Notes: a model not told the origin generated them from the sequence alone. DNA of 64,000 nt from Candidatus Parachristensenella avicola (GCA_904420205.1 CAJFUN010000023.1:129409-193408); one strand, 5' to 3'. Shown: positions 40,124-49,059, numbered from the stretch's first letter. Numbers and translations: made by a program.

Positions 40124-40629
40124 AACGGCTGATTATCGTCAACGGGACTATGGGCGCAGGCAAAAGCACCCTGTGCGAAGGGCTGCTCAAAGCACTTCCT
40201 GCGGCGGTCTACCTGGATGGGGATTGGTGTTGGCGCATGGATCCCTTTATCGTGGATGAGGAAAACAAAGCCATGGTAGTGGATCATATCGTGCATCTGC
40301 TTCGGGGCTTTTTGACCAACAGCCATTTTGAGAACGTCATTTTCTGCTGGGTTATCCATCAGGAGACGATCTTCGACAGCATCCTTAAACCGTTGGCGGA
40401 TTTACGCTTTCAGCTGGAGAAGATTACGCTGATGCTTTCACCGCAGCAGTTACGGGCGCACTTTGCCCAAGACGCGGCCGCCGGCCTGCGGCGGATGGAG
40501 GATGCGCAGGCCAGCGTCGATCGGCTGGCGCTTTATCGGAATATGGATACCTTTAAGCTGTGGACCGACGGCATGAGCCCGGAGAAAACGCTCCAGGCGG
40601 CGCTGCGCCACCTGGAGGCGAATCCGTAA
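40120..40629 (+). CDS. P-loop kinase/AAA-family nucleotide-binding protein (TmrB-like size class)
   Basis: Walker A RLIIVNGTMGAGKSTLCEGLL; 4-bp overlap (ATGA) with the methyltransferase. Confidence 0.85.
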   Translation: MKRLIIVNGTMGAGKSTLCEGLLKALPAAVYLDGDWCWRMDPFIVDEENKAMVVDHIVHLLRGFLTNSHFENVIFCWVIHQETIFDSILKPLADLRFQLEKITLMLSPQQLRAHFAQDAAAGLRRMEDAQASVDRLALYRNMDTFKLWTDGMSPEKTLQAALRHLEANP

Positions 40630-40638
40630 CGCGGGCGG

Positions 40639-41814
40639 TCAGCCGGTGAAGGAAACGCGGACGAAATGGCTTTTGCCCCGGGAAAGCACCAAAGGCTCCT
40701 GGCCGGGCAGAATCAGATCAGGGTCGGTGACCGGTTCACGGTTAATCCGGACGGCGCCGGCAGCAATGAGACGCCGGGCCTGGGAATTGGACTCGGCAAG
40801 GGCGCAGGCCCGCATCAGCGCCACCAAGCCGACGGGGCCCTGGGGCATCGTGAGGCAAGGAAGCTGCTGCGGCAGCCCGCCGGCGGCAATTTGCCGGTAC
40901 CGGGCTTGAGCGGCGTCGGCAGCTGATTCATCCCAGTAACGCGCCGTGATGGCATAGGCATAGCGGTAATGGGCCTGCACCATATCGGACGCAGTCAGCG
41001 CCTTCCATTCCGACTCGGGCACGTCGCTCGTTAAGGCGAAGTAATCGGGCAGGAGGGGGTCGGGCACCTTCATGCACTTTTCAAACATCACAGGGGCGGG
41101 CTCGCTGATTCCGATATAATTGTCCAGGGATTTGCTCATCTTTTCTTTCCCGTCCAGCCCGGGCAGCAGCGGGAAGGTAACGACGGTCTGCGGCCGCTGG
41201 CGATAATCGCGCTGCAGATCGCGTCCCATCAGAAGGTTAAAGGTTTGATCCGTGCCACCCACTTCAATATCTGCGTCGACCGCGACCGAGTCGTACCCCT
41301 GCATCAGCGGATAAAGCAGCTCGTGAAGGCCAATGGGCTCCCTTTGCGCATAGCGGTTGGCAAAATCATCCCGCTCAAGAATCCGGGCCAGCGTCGTTTT
41401 GCCAGCCAGCGCCAGTACTTGGCCGAAATCTAGGCGGCTGAGCCAGCGGGAATTATACTCGATACGGGTTAGACTTGGGTCGAGGATGCGGGTGACCTGC
41501 TCAAAGTAGCTCTGTCCGTTGGCTCTCGTTTGCTCGAAGGTGAGCGGGGGGCGGGTTTTGCTGCGGCCGGACGGGTCGCCGATCATTCCGGTAAAATCGC
41601 CGATGATAAAGACGATTTCGTGACCTAAGCGCTGAAGCGCGGCCAAATGGCGCAGCGCCACCGTATGGCCAAGATGCAGGTCCGGCCGGGAAGGGTCGGC
41701 CCCCATCTTGACGGTGAGCCGGCGGCCGGAAAACAGGGCGGCTTCCAGCTCCTCGGGGGAATAAACGCCAGTGGCTTGGGATAGAATCTTTTCCAGAACG
41801 CGACGGATCTCCAT
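40639..41814 (-). CDS. tyrS: Tyrosyl-tRNA synthetase
   Basis: MGADPSRPDLHLGHTVALRHL (HIGH), GGTDQTFNLLMGRDLQ, GKEKMSKSLDNYI (KMSKS), C-terminal S4-like domain ARRLIAAGAVRINREPV. Confidence 0.96.
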   Translation of the reverse strand: MEIRRVLEKILSQATGVYSPEELEAALFSGRRLTVKMGADPSRPDLHLGHTVALRHLAALQRLGHEIVFIIGDFTGMIGDPSGRSKTRPPLTFEQTRANGQSYFEQVTRILDPSLTRIEYNSRWLSRLDFGQVLALAGKTTLARILERDDFANRYAQREPIGLHELLYPLMQGYDSVAVDADIEVGGTDQTFNLLMGRDLQRDYRQRPQTVVTFPLLPGLDGKEKMSKSLDNYIGISEPAPVMFEKCMKVPDPLLPDYFALTSDVPESEWKALTASDMVQAHYRYAYAITARYWDESAADAAQARYRQIAAGGLPQQLPCLTMPQGPVGLVALMRACALAESNSQARRLIAAGAVRINREPVTDPDLILPGQEPLVLSRGKSHFVRVSFTG

Positions 41815-41836
41815 GATCGAATACCTTCCTTTCCAT

Positions 41837-41871
41837 AAAAAAACGCCTGAAGCGTAAAGGCTTCAGGCGTT
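41837..41871 (-). terminator. Intrinsic terminator in the tyrS leader
   Basis: On the minus strand: AACGCCTGAAGC-ctttac-GCTTCAGGCGTT followed by a T tract; 12-bp perfect stem. Confidence 0.93.
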
Positions 41872-41887
41872 GATCTTTCTGACCACG

Positions 41888-41980
41888 CTATATAAGCGGA
41901 CACGCCGAAAGCCTGCGCTTAGCATAATAAGCGCAGGTCTCGTTATAGGCGGAAATGACGCGCAAAAGCATTTGGTTCAT
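41888..41980 (-). CDS. Tyrosine-rich leader peptide (30 aa) of tyrS
   Basis: MNQMLLRVISAYNETCAYYAKRRLSACPLI*; SD GGGAGG upstream; tandem TAT TAT codons at 41924-41929. Confidence 0.8.
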   Translation of the reverse strand: MNQMLLRVISAYNETCAYYAKRRLSACPLI

Positions 41981-42013
41981 GGTCATATCCTCCCATCCGC
42001 GTGATTGGGGATA

Positions 42014-42042
42014 ACTATATCAGCTTAGCGGGCACTTGTCAA
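42014..42042 (-). promoter_or_regulatory. Sigma-A-type promoter of the tyrS leader
   Basis: Minus strand TTGACA (42042-42037), 17-bp spacer, TATAGT (42019-42014). Confidence 0.85.
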
Positions 42043-42100
42043 GCGGCCGCTAGGGAAAACACAAAAGCAGCGCCTAGGCGCTGCTTTTATATAGGGCGGA

Positions 42101-44326
42101 TCAATCCTGGGGTTCGGGCGTAGCGGTAGGTTCAGGCGAAGGGGAGGGCGTAGGCGTATTCTGAGCCTGCACAAGATTGGGGCCGGATTTAATCGCCTGG
42201 AAGATCCCCCTGGCGATGGCATTGCGCACGCCGCCTTCATTGGCAGGGACTTCCACCATCACACAGACCAGACGCTGATTTTCCCCTTCCGTGTTATACC
42301 CGATTAGCCAAGCAATTTCACGGGAATTGTCAGAGCCGACCTGAGCGGTACCCGTCTTGGCGTGGACGCTCATACCGGCGATATCAATAGCGGATCCAGT
42401 ACCGCTGGTCACCACGCCCCGCAGCATATCCTGCAGGGTTTCCACGGTCTCGGAGGAGATGATTTGGGAGCGGTAAAGGGTGGGCTCCGTTTGGCTTTCG
42501 GTGACGTACTTGATGCCTTCCGTGCGTTTGATGGATGAAACGATATAGGGACGGTAAACATCGCCGCCGTTGGCCAGTGCGCTGAAGATGGAAGTCATCT
42601 GTAGAGGAGAGATTAAAAGCTCGCCTTGACCATATCCGGAGTCGGCCAGCAGCTTCTGAGAGCTGAACTCGTCATCGTTGGAAATGCGGCTGGTAGAGAC
42701 CGGCAGATCGAAAGGAAAATCTTCGTCCTCAAAGCCGAGGTTTTTCAGTGCGTCGCGGAAAGCGTCTGCGCCAATGGCCAGAGCGGTATAGGCGAAGAAA
42801 ATATTATCGGAATTGACGATAGCATGGTAGAGGTTAAGCGGATCGGGCGTCGCGCTGACGCGGCGGATAGGCGGATACACCCAACGCTCGTCATCCGGCT
42901 TCCATTCATTGTCTTCAATCCGGCTTTGATCCATGGCAAAGTCAAGGGTGATGGCCCCCGTCATCAGTCCGATGGCGCCCACAAAGGGCTTAAGGGTAGA
43001 TCCCGGAGGATAGAGGCCCAGCGTGGAACGATTGTACAACGGCGTGCGATTGGCTTCGTCAGTAAAATAGTCCCAGACAGCTTGGCTGACCGTATAGGAG
43101 AAGATGTTGGGATCAAAGGTGGGATAGCTGGCGATCGCGTCGATGGCGCCCGTTTTCGGATCCATCACGATCACCGAGCCGCTCATATCGCTGGTCAGAT
43201 GCTGTAGCAGCAGGGTTTCTACCGTCTGCTCCATGGAGAGATCCACGGTCAACCGCAAGTCGCTGCCGTCCACTGCGGGCACGCTGGCCAAGATCTGCTT
43301 TTTTGCGCCGCTTTTATCGTATATCGCCAGTTCATATCCGGATACGCCGCGCAATACATCGTCATAGGCCGCTTCCAGGCCAGAACGGCCGATGAGCGTG
43401 CCGTCGGCCAAGTTGGCATATTTCTCGTTTTCCTTATCCTCAGCCGTGATAACGCCGGTATAGCCCAGGGTATGAGAGAGGACGCTTCCATAGGGGTAAT
43501 ACCGAATCGGCGTCATAGAGGAACGGTCCACATGCAGGCCTTCGATCTCAAGGATCTGCTCTTCCAGCGCTTCGTCCAGATCATCTTTAGGAAAGACCTT
43601 CAGCGCAATGGAGCGGGAAACCTCCACATTCTCTTCATCTACGGAGGTTCCCTTTTCCGTATCGGCCGTAGTGGTTTCCGGCTCTTCCTCCTCCACAAAG
43701 CGGTCAGGATCGATCCTTTTGAGAATATCCGTTTCCGTCATCGACAGCAGCGGCGCAGCCAAACGGGCCAAGGTATCGGGATCCTTGATCTCGTCGCTTT
43801 GGGCATAAACGGTGATGGCATAATCGTTCTGCGCCAAAAGCTCGCCGTTGACGTCGAAGATTTCACCGCGCTGGGCGGCGATGTTGTTGAGGCGGAGCGA
43901 GTCCCCTTCCTCCATCCCAGGAAGGAGCAGGGAAGGCGACCAGGTCAACAGCCACTGGCCGCCTTTATACACCATGGTAATCTCATTGCCCATATTCAGT
44001 TCGCCAAGCTTGTCGCTCTGATAGGTCATAAGCACTGTGACCCGCCGCGTGTTGGCGTCCGTCTGCACATTTTCCAGGATCCGGGCGGACAGCGAGGTGA
44101 TGCTCAGCGTGGAATAGACGCTTTCATACCGGTCCGTCATTTCAGCCAGCGTCATGCCGTTGAGGCTGTCCGGGTCCAGCAGCTTATAGATACGGGCATA
44201 TTCCCGGTTCGTCAGATAGCTGAGCATCTCGGCGGCGGGATCCGTTGGGGCGGAGCCACAACCGCTTGTGGTCAACAGCATGACCAGCACCAGGATAGCG
44301 CTAAGGCCTTTGAACCATCGCTTCAT
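42101..44326 (-). CDS. Class B penicillin-binding protein with MecA_N/NTF2-like N-terminal domain (lipoprotein)
   Basis: Lipobox LVMLLTTSGCG; RGEIFDVNGELLAQNDY dimerization domain; LYNRSTLGLYPPGSTLKPFVG (SxxK), YGQGELLISPLQM, HAKTGTAQVG (KTG). Confidence 0.93.
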   Translation of the reverse strand: MKRWFKGLSAILVLVMLLTTSGCGSAPTDPAAEMLSYLTNREYARIYKLLDPDSLNGMTLAEMTDRYESVYSTLSITSLSARILENVQTDANTRRVTVLMTYQSDKLGELNMGNEITMVYKGGQWLLTWSPSLLLPGMEEGDSLRLNNIAAQRGEIFDVNGELLAQNDYAITVYAQSDEIKDPDTLARLAAPLLSMTETDILKRIDPDRFVEEEEPETTTADTEKGTSVDEENVEVSRSIALKVFPKDDLDEALEEQILEIEGLHVDRSSMTPIRYYPYGSVLSHTLGYTGVITAEDKENEKYANLADGTLIGRSGLEAAYDDVLRGVSGYELAIYDKSGAKKQILASVPAVDGSDLRLTVDLSMEQTVETLLLQHLTSDMSGSVIVMDPKTGAIDAIASYPTFDPNIFSYTVSQAVWDYFTDEANRTPLYNRSTLGLYPPGSTLKPFVGAIGLMTGAITLDFAMDQSRIEDNEWKPDDERWVYPPIRRVSATPDPLNLYHAIVNSDNIFFAYTALAIGADAFRDALKNLGFEDEDFPFDLPVSTSRISNDDEFSSQKLLADSGYGQGELLISPLQMTSIFSALANGGDVYRPYIVSSIKRTEGIKYVTESQTEPTLYRSQIISSETVETLQDMLRGVVTSGTGSAIDIAGMSVHAKTGTAQVGSDNSREIAWLIGYNTEGENQRLVCVMVEVPANEGGVRNAIARGIFQAIKSGPNLVQAQNTPTPSPSPEPTATPEPQD

Positions 44327-44429
44327 GCTATACTCCCATATTCAAGATTACGCTTATTATATCATACTGTGCCGAATAGTCAAAGATAGGGTCGAAAGGT
44401 GTCGCGCGCCCCACTTCGTGGTGGTTTTG

Positions 44430-44458
44430 TTGACAAAGTCACATAAATGAAATATAAT
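44430..44458 (+). promoter_or_regulatory. Sigma-A promoter
   Basis: TTGACA (44430-44435), 17 bp, TATAAT (44453-44458); both hexamers consensus. Confidence 0.85.
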
Positions 44459-44508
44459 CGTAACAAAATTAACCCAATAGAAAAAATGAGAAAGTTGGTG
44501 CAGAGCGC

Positions 44509-46008
44509 ATGAAGCTACCTGACTGGATCCGACGCAAGCCGCAGGAGGGCCGCAGTCACGGCCTGGATGCAACCTGCCGCCGGCGTGAGCAGCGCAAGCA
44601 GAAAGCACCCGGCCCCAAGGATCGGCTGCTTGCCTGGTGGAGCAAAAAGAGAGAAACGCTGATGCAGGACGAATGGGTTCGCAGGATCATGGAGCGGCGC
44701 GGGGCTAACCGCCTGAGCGGCTTGGAAAAGATGCACAGCCATCACCGGCGCAAGCGCCTGGAGCAGGAGGCGGCCCAGCTTGTGGGCCTAAAGGCGCGCG
44801 TATGTTTTACTATCCAGCATCACAAGGTGGTAGCAACGGCGTCCATGGGCCTGGCAATCGCCCTGCTGCTGAGCGGCGTGGGCATGGGCGCCAGCTACCT
44901 GGCCAGCCAGAAAAGTGTCACTTTGCTGGTCGGCAACCAGGAGCGGTACTGCATAACCACCGCCGAAAGCGTGGAGGCGCTGCTGGCGGAGCAGGGGCTT
45001 TTCCTGGGAAATGAGTGTAAGGTGGAGCCCTCGGCGGATACGCTGCTGGTCAATGGGATGACCATTCGCTACATGCCGCGCATGGGCGTAGTCATTGAGT
45101 CGGCTGGCCAGCAGCAGCGGTACTTCTTCTATACGGGTACAGTGGCGGACGCCTTAAAGGAGGCGGGCCTTACCTACGATACCGACGACAAGGTGGAGCC
45201 TTCGGCGGACACGCAGCTGACCGATGGTATGACCATCAAGCTGACCCGCTACGATACCAATACGGTAGTGGAGAACGAGCGGCTTTACTACCAGGTAAAG
45301 GAAGTAGAGGATCCAGAGCTGTATGTGGGGCAGCGCAAGGTAGTGCAAACGGGCCGGGAGGGCGAACTTGTCCGAACCGTCTCCATCCTATATGAAGACG
45401 GCGTGGAAAAGCAGCGGGAAGTCGTGAGCGAGGAGCGCACGGTTCGGCCGCGAAATGAGCTGGTGGTGAAAGGCATCAAGCCTACGCCCACGCCCACCCC
45501 CACTCCGACGCCTACCCCAACGCCCACCGCAACCCCGGAAAAGAAGGAGAGCAAAGCTGAGGCGACGGCAGCGCCCACAGCCAAAAAGACAGCTAAACCG
45601 ACAGCAACACCGAAAAAGACTGCCAGCCCGACAAAAAAGCCGACGGCAACGCCTACGCCGGATAAGGGCACGATTCCCGGTACACCGGACACCTATGAAA
45701 AGAAGCTGTCCATGATGATCACCGCTTACACCCATACGGGAAACAAGACGGCCTTAGGCACCTGGCCGGTGGCCACCCGGACCCGGGAGAATCCCGGCAC
45801 GGTGGCGGTTGCTCCCCAGACGATTCCCTATCATACGCTGCTGTATGTGCCGGGATACGGCTATTGCCTGGCAGAGGATACGGGTGGGTTCCGGCACGAC
45901 CGGCCTTATCAGATCGACCTGTTTATGGACACGGAAGAAGAATGCATCGAGTGGGGACGCAAGCGGGACTACACGGTATATATTGTAGAATATAATTATG
46001 AGCGGTAG
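44509..46008 (+). CDS. Cell-wall protein with DUF348 repeats, G5 domain, (PT)n linker and C-terminal 3D domain (YabE/Rpf-like)
   Basis: KSVTLLVGNQERYCITTAESVEALLAEQG; G5 EVEDPELYVGQRKVVQTGREGELVRTVSILYEDGVEKQREVVSEERTVRPRNELVVKG; (PT)n; 3D ...YHTLLYVPGYGYCLAEDTGGF...IDLFMDTEEECIEWGRK. Confidence 0.93.
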   Translation: MKLPDWIRRKPQEGRSHGLDATCRRREQRKQKAPGPKDRLLAWWSKKRETLMQDEWVRRIMERRGANRLSGLEKMHSHHRRKRLEQEAAQLVGLKARVCFTIQHHKVVATASMGLAIALLLSGVGMGASYLASQKSVTLLVGNQERYCITTAESVEALLAEQGLFLGNECKVEPSADTLLVNGMTIRYMPRMGVVIESAGQQQRYFFYTGTVADALKEAGLTYDTDDKVEPSADTQLTDGMTIKLTRYDTNTVVENERLYYQVKEVEDPELYVGQRKVVQTGREGELVRTVSILYEDGVEKQREVVSEERTVRPRNELVVKGIKPTPTPTPTPTPTPTPTATPEKKESKAEATAAPTAKKTAKPTATPKKTASPTKKPTATPTPDKGTIPGTPDTYEKKLSMMITAYTHTGNKTALGTWPVATRTRENPGTVAVAPQTIPYHTLLYVPGYGYCLAEDTGGFRHDRPYQIDLFMDTEEECIEWGRKRDYTVYIVEYNYER

Positions 46009-46068
46009 CATACCGCCCAAAGCAGGCGCGCATCCGGCCAAGCCGGGCGCGCCTTTAGCATGTTTGAC

Positions 46069-46097
46069 TTGACAAATAGAAGGGTTAACTGTACTAT
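46069..46097 (+). promoter_or_regulatory. Sigma-A promoter for rsmA
   Basis: TTGACA (46069-46074), 17 bp, TACTAT (46092-46097). Confidence 0.75.
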
Positions 46098-46115
46098 GGC
46101 ACATAGAACAGTTAA
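46085..46115 (+). promoter_or_regulatory. 31-bp near-perfect palindrome (candidate operator) overlapping -10 and TSS
   Basis: TTAACTGTACTATG-GCA-CATAGAACAGTTAA; half-sites match at 13/14 positions. Confidence 0.7.
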
Positions 46116-46135
46116 ACGGGCAGTAGGAGAGTCAT

Positions 46136-46945
46136 ATGGCTTCAATACGGCATAAAAAATCGCTGGGCCAGCATTTTCTGGAGGATACCGCCATCCTGCA
46201 GGCGATTGTAGAGGGGGCGGAAGTGGAGCGGCAGGACGCCGTGCTGGAGATCGGACCCGGTTCAGGCAACCTATCGGGCTATTTGGCGGCACGGGCTGCC
46301 CGGCTGGTCGCGGTGGAGATTGATACCGCCCTGGAGCCGCTGTTGCGGCAGGAGCTGGGAAAGTACCCGAAGGCAGAGGTGATATTCGGCAATTTCTTGA
46401 CCATGGATCTGAAGCTGCTCCATGAGCGGTTGGGCGGGGGCGCCTTCAAGGTGGTGGCTAACTTGCCTTATTACATTACCACCCCAATTTTGGAGCGGCT
46501 GCTTTCCAGCGGCCTGCCAATTGAATCGATCACCATATTGATCCAGAAGGAGGCGGCCGACCGGCTGATCTGCTCTCCGGGCAGCAGGGAGTATGGACCG
46601 CTGGCTATCGCCTGCGCCCGGTGGGGCTCGGGCAAATGCATCCTGCGGGTGCCGCCGGCAGCTTTTACGCCGCCGCCCAAGGTCGATTCGGCGGTGGTCC
46701 ACATTGTGCGGCACAGGATAGACCCATTTGCAGGAATGGATGAGACGCTTTTTTGGAAGATTGTGCGGACGTCTTTCTCCCAACGGCGCAAGCAGCTTAA
46801 GAATGCGCTAAGCGGTCTAGGGCTGCCGGCAAGCCGGCTGGAGGAAGCGCTTTCCAAGCTGGGCATCGACGGCGCACGGCGGCCGGAAACCCTGACAGTG
46901 GAGGAATTCGCCGCGCTAACCGAGCAATTCGCTAGCGGGGCGTGA
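46136..46945 (+). CDS. rsmA: 16S rRNA (adenine1518-N6/adenine1519-N6)-dimethyltransferase
   Basis: KKSLGQHFLEDTAILQAIVEGAEV, VLEIGPGSGNLSGYLAARAARLVAVEID, VVANLPYYITTPI. Confidence 0.96.
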   Translation: MASIRHKKSLGQHFLEDTAILQAIVEGAEVERQDAVLEIGPGSGNLSGYLAARAARLVAVEIDTALEPLLRQELGKYPKAEVIFGNFLTMDLKLLHERLGGGAFKVVANLPYYITTPILERLLSSGLPIESITILIQKEAADRLICSPGSREYGPLAIACARWGSGKCILRVPPAAFTPPPKVDSAVVHIVRHRIDPFAGMDETLFWKIVRTSFSQRRKQLKNALSGLGLPASRLEEALSKLGIDGARRPETLTVEEFAALTEQFASGA

Positions 46946-47610
46946 AAATATCGCGCAGCCTTTGCATAGTCTGCACCAGGAGGTGCAGCATGTCTAGTCA
47001 AATACGGCTTCGGTTGACGGGATCGGCGGGCGGCGGTACGTGCGTGCTCATGGAGGAGGGCGGACGGCTTCGATATCGCCTGTCCCTGGAGGGCCCGCCC
47101 GGCGGCGGGCTGGAAGCCCTGATTCAAGGAAGGTCACCCTATATGGAGCTGACACGCCAGATGGTTGCAATACCGGCCTTTACCGGGTGGTGGCAAACGG
47201 AGGGGGAATGTGAAAGCCTGCCCTGCGCGATGGGTTGGATTTGGATATTGCGGGGCGGCGAGCCTTGGCTGATGGGCGCGTTTCCCGGCGTATCCACGCC
47301 GCCAGAGGCGGCCCTGCAGGCCCTTACCGCTCACGGCAAACCCAGCCCCCCGTCAGCGCCCCCAAGCGCCGGGGGCCGGAATACCGTCCAGCAGCCGAAT
47401 CTGCTGATCCCGCTGCCAGGCGTAACCTTTGCGCCGGGCATGTGGGCGGGTAGGTCCTGCTTTGTTGCGGAGCAGGCGGAGCCCGGAAGGCGGTGGACGC
47501 TGATCCAGGGCGAAGCGGGCGAAGATCCCTTTGAAGGCGAAGGAATTTATTGTGCGGCCGCCGGAGACGGCGGATACTGGCTGCAATGGCAGAATGTGAC
47601 GGAATTGTAA
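46942..47610 (+). CDS. Hypothetical protein
   Basis: 222-aa ORF overlapping rsmA by 4 bp; the more likely start is internal at 46990 (MSSQIRLRLTG). Confidence 0.5.
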   Translation: MKISRSLCIVCTRRCSMSSQIRLRLTGSAGGGTCVLMEEGGRLRYRLSLEGPPGGGLEALIQGRSPYMELTRQMVAIPAFTGWWQTEGECESLPCAMGWIWILRGGEPWLMGAFPGVSTPPEAALQALTAHGKPSPPSAPPSAGGRNTVQQPNLLIPLPGVTFAPGMWAGRSCFVAEQAEPGRRWTLIQGEAGEDPFEGEGIYCAAAGDGGYWLQWQNVTEL

Positions 47611-47746
47611 GCGCTATTTTACTTGTCTTTTATCAGATAACAGTGTATCATTAACGATGCATAAACCTATCGTACGACAAACAAAAGAAAAATGGTAGAG
47701 GCCGCCGGGGATGCCTGGGAAGCAGGCGCCGGCGCACGAGGTCAAC

Positions 47747-49021
47747 ATGTCATCACTACTTATTACCCTGAAAGTCGTTTATGCCATCCTAGGCAGCATT
47801 ACTATGGGCGTTCTGATTTATCAGGTCATCATGGCGCTGCTATCGGGACGGCGCAACAAGCAGCCGGTTCAGCCCTGCGATCGATTTAACCGCTTTGCTT
47901 TGGTGATTTCGGCGCGCAATGAATCGGCGGTTATCGGCCAACTGCTCGACAGCCTGATGGCGCAACGCTATCCTAAGGAGTATTTCGACGTCTATGTTAT
48001 CGCGGATAACTGCACCGACAACACCGCGCAGGTGGCCCGGGAGCATGGTGCCTTGGTCTATGAGCGGGAAAATCTGAAGCAATGCGGAAAAGGCTATGCC
48101 TTAAACTGGATGTTCGATATTATCCAGCGCGAAAAGCCGGAAGGATATTACGATGCATACGGGGTTTTCGACGCGGATAATCTCGTACATAAGGACTACC
48201 TGATGGCCATGAACCACCAGCTGCTGAACGGCGCTGCGGTTTCGGAAGGATATCGGGATATTAAAAATCCCTCGGACAGCTGGGTATCGGGTGCCTATGC
48301 CATCTATTTTTGGTGCATTTCCCGCTTTTTCATGCGGCCTCGCCATCGCTTGGGCATGTCGGGCCTTGTCAGCGGCACCGGATTTGTTTTCCGTGCAGAG
48401 CTGATTGCGGAGCGGGGATGGGTTACGGAAACCATTACCGAGGACTGTGAGTTCTCCTTGATGCAGATTTTAGAGGGCCATAAGGTGACCTTTGCTGATG
48501 ATGCCGTCTTTTATGACGAGCAGCCGGTGACCTTCCGCCAGGCGAACCGGCAGCGCTACCGGTGGGCGGTAGGCTCGCTACAGTGCTTGAAGCTCTTCTT
48601 TGGCAAGCTGTTCCGCGGCTGCTTTGCGCAAAAGAGTTTTATTATGCTGGATATGGTCATCTATCTGATGTCTATCCCCTGCTCGGCGATTGTCGCGATC
48701 AACACCTGCCTGGGCGCGGCAATCCGCTATATGGGACAAGCCCACTGGTATGAGATTGTCCAGATGGAACTGGTTTCGCTGCTCATTACGGTGGCGTGTA
48801 TGTTCCTCCATGGCATTCTAACCGTGAAGCTGGAGGGAAAATCTCTGCGCACAGTCTATAAAGGCGTGCTAGGCTGGCCCCTGTTCCTGCTTAGCTGGGT
48901 CTATATCAGCCTGTTCGCGATCTTCTACCGCAATACTACCTGGAAGCCGATTCATCATACCAGCACGGTCAGCATCGACGCCATAAAAGAGGAAGGTGAA
49001 AACCTGACCGGAGAACTGTAG
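47747..49021 (+). CDS. Membrane-associated family 2 glycosyltransferase
   Basis: LVISARNESAVIGQLLDSLMAQRYPKEYFDVYVIADNCTDNTAQ, DADNLV, EDCEFSLM, RQANRQRYRWAVGSLQ (QxxRW-like). Confidence 0.92.
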   Translation: MSSLLITLKVVYAILGSITMGVLIYQVIMALLSGRRNKQPVQPCDRFNRFALVISARNESAVIGQLLDSLMAQRYPKEYFDVYVIADNCTDNTAQVAREHGALVYERENLKQCGKGYALNWMFDIIQREKPEGYYDAYGVFDADNLVHKDYLMAMNHQLLNGAAVSEGYRDIKNPSDSWVSGAYAIYFWCISRFFMRPRHRLGMSGLVSGTGFVFRAELIAERGWVTETITEDCEFSLMQILEGHKVTFADDAVFYDEQPVTFRQANRQRYRWAVGSLQCLKLFFGKLFRGCFAQKSFIMLDMVIYLMSIPCSAIVAINTCLGAAIRYMGQAHWYEIVQMELVSLLITVACMFLHGILTVKLEGKSLRTVYKGVLGWPLFLLSWVYISLFAIFYRNTTWKPIHHTSTVSIDAIKEEGENLTGEL

Positions 49022-49029
49022 ACCGCTAC

Positions 49030-49059
49030 AAGCCTCCCCAATACGAGGGAGGCTTTTTT
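49030..49059 (+). terminator. Intrinsic terminator
   Basis: AAGCCTCCC...GGGAGGCTT followed by TTTT. Confidence 0.85.

Noticed and set aside
43472-44389. 305-aa plus-strand ORF (and 42626-43207)
   Set aside because: Antisense to the penicillin-binding protein with SxxK/KTG motifs; shadow ORFs caused by high GC at codon position 3.
45481-45540. CCNACN repeat tract as possible mobile or CRISPR-like repeat
   Set aside because: Encodes an in-frame (PT)n linker between the G5 and 3D domains of the YabE-like protein.
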